From Fonticula alba ATCC 38817 (taxonomy: Eukaryota; Protista; Nucleariida), in assembly GCA_000388065.2 (NCBI GenBank), contig KB932207.1: 7,200 bases of DNA; one strand, given 5' to 3'. This document shows positions 6,101 through 7,200 of this stretch, piece by piece; positions within the stretch are counted from its first letter, which is position 1, and each line of letters begins with the position of its first letter. The position numbers and the translations under genes were made by a program. A model generated the notes under the pieces. It did not search any database, was not told the origin of the DNA, and was given only the letters and a program-made list of their open reading frames with translations.

Positions 6101-7163
6101 CGGGACCCGGCACCCACCCGAGGGATGGGCGCGTCATCGGCGGCGGCCAGGTCGGGATCCGGCCCGGGGGTCAGCACCATCGACTGCCGGGGGGGAGCCA
6201 GCGGGCCGGCCACCGGGGCGCCGGTGGGCGACGGGGTGCTGGCCGACTCGCTGGCCGGCGGGCCGGCCCGCGGCCCGGGGGCCGCCACCACCGGCACGAA
6301 CCCATGCTCATACCGGTGACGCCAGTTCAACGGGCCGAGGATGCCAAATTGCACGGGCGACACCCCGGGCCCGAGGGCCGGCTCCGGGGCAAGGGTGATG
6401 ACCGGGCCGCGGGGAGGCCGGCGGCCGGCACGACCACCGGCCTCGGACGGGTCGGCCGCCTCCTCGGCCGCCGGGCCAATCAGCCGGCTGGAGGACCCGG
6501 ACGAGGAGATGGCCACCAGCGAGGAGGAGGCCGACCGGGTCGAGGCGATGGACGGCGAGGGGGAGGGCGGCCGCGGGGCGCCGGCCACCGATGGACCACC
6601 GCCAGTGGCATTGGCATTGACCTCGGAGGCGGTGGGGGCCTCCATGTCCGCCGGCTGGGGGTCCGGCGTGGCGGCCGCCTGGCGCAGGGCCTCCGCCTCC
6701 TGCAGGGGGTCCGGCCCGGGCGGCGGCGTGACCGGCTCGGCCATCGGCGCCAGAGGGGGCGAGGGGTTGGCTGCCCGCGGCGAGGCCGGCATATCCTGCC
6801 GCGCGGAGGAGAACACCACAATCATGCGGAGCTGCGCATTGAAGCGATCCAGGTAGTAAATGTGCTGGGCATTTTGCAGGGCGCCGCCGGGGCCGGATCC
6901 GGAGTCGTCCTCCGGCGGGGCCGCGCTCCAGGTGGGGTTGATCACCCCGAGTGGCAGGGCCCCGTCCTGGGGGGCCGGCATGGCACGCGACAGCGACAGG
7001 TCGGAGAACAGGTTGTGGAGGGGATCCTCCGGGGCCGGCCGGGCGGCGCTCACGAGCAGCTCCTCCGAGCCGCCGAGGCTCAGGAGGAGGCTGTGCTCCG
7101 AGGAGAGGCCGGTTCCGAGGTCCACCGAGAGGCTGGTCGTTGGGCGGGGCTCGTCGAAGTTGA
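3135..7163 (-). CDS. OCRL: OCRL/INPP5B-like type II inositol polyphosphate 5-phosphatase, large internal exon (5'-partial gene; upstream exon(s) lie outside the window)
   Basis: Open frame with strong GC3 bias. Family motifs in order: WIVRQMFSQEESF, GTWNVNG, GFQELDLSASAF, GTGIMNMMGNKGGV, FINSHLAA, WVGDLNYR, FGPTYK, PAWCDRVLY, SDHKPV, then ASH and RhoGAP-like segments. The 3' boundary is the donor G|GTGCGT at 3135/3134. The 5' boundary is inferred from a C-rich tract plus CACACAG ending at 7164 (phase 1). The ORF-track start at 7125 is a GTG, not a real start. The first in-frame ATG is 6981-6979, but the codons upstream of it still look coding. Confidence 0.93.
3868..4281 (-). other. ASH (ASPM-SPD2-Hydin) domain of OCRL type
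   Basis: LDRFENDAIP...LQLSNTGRVLASWRFIPKVDESAWCPTWLTIEPMSGQLTPGETVSI...LEDILILHLENGRDLFITV. This aligns by eye to human OCRL ENDFLP...[44 protein letters not shown]...IEDILVLHLDRGKDYFLTI. Confidence 0.9.
4372..5451 (-). other. Inositol polyphosphate 5-phosphatase catalytic domain (EEP superfamily), predicted active
   Basis: WNVNG, QE, NSHL, GDLNYR (4710-4693), PTYK, PAWCDRVL (4491-4468) and SDHKPV (4407-4390) are all present. The OCRL/INPP5B lipid-chain-contact loops (LDLSASAF; GTGIMNMMGNKG) are recognisable. Confidence 0.95.
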
Positions 7164-7200
7164 CTGTGTGCGCGGGCCGGGGGCGAGGGGGGGGGGGGGG
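7164..7200 (-). promoter_or_regulatory. Probable 3' end of an upstream intron (poly-C tract plus CAG acceptor)
   Basis: The minus strand reads C14-TCGCCCCCGGCCCGCGCACACAG|TC AAC TTC GAC GAG, and GC3-biased codons begin right after the AG. The frame also stays open to the window edge, so the boundary is inferred. Confidence 0.65.

Noticed and set aside
2797-7125. ORF-track 1442-aa protein taken literally, with GTG start and hydrophobic Cys-rich C-terminus as a transmembrane domain
   Set aside because: The start is internal to an exon, and the tail is read-through into the intron minisatellite. Splicing restores the conserved RhoGAP-like end.

Overview
This is GC-rich, intron-containing eukaryotic DNA from a draft assembly, with a 980-N gap at 702-1681. 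It is not prokaryotic, and no rRNA, tRNA, CRISPR array or mobile element is supported. The right two-thirds holds a 5'-partial minus-strand gene for an OCRL/INPP5B-type (type II) inositol polyphosphate 5-phosphatase. A long exon (7163-3135) carries a ~550-aa low-complexity N-terminal region, an intact 5-phosphatase domain, an ASH domain and most of a RhoGAP-like domain. A 372-nt GT-AG intron filled with a UG/U-rich minisatellite (3134-2763) follows. The terminal exon (2762-2440) completes the motif QLA|GIFGPILFRP and ends in a Ser/Thr-Gly tail. About 1,450 codons lie in the window, against ~900-1,000 aa for the human proteins. Positions 1-701 and 1682-2439 show splice signals and GC3-biased fragments of one or more neighbouring genes whose strand and frame cannot be resolved. 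The style (high GC3, long low-complexity inserts, poly-C/G runs, TG-rich introns) resembles a protist genome such as Fonticula alba, but that is an unverified inference. I found no convincing novel multi-gene system. The most notable points are a natural Trp-to-Ala change at the OCRL F&H-motif pocket (W739 equivalent), large insertions in conserved domains, and a distinctive intron architecture. Comparisons to human OCRL/INPP5B are by-eye alignments against recalled sequence and need confirmation.
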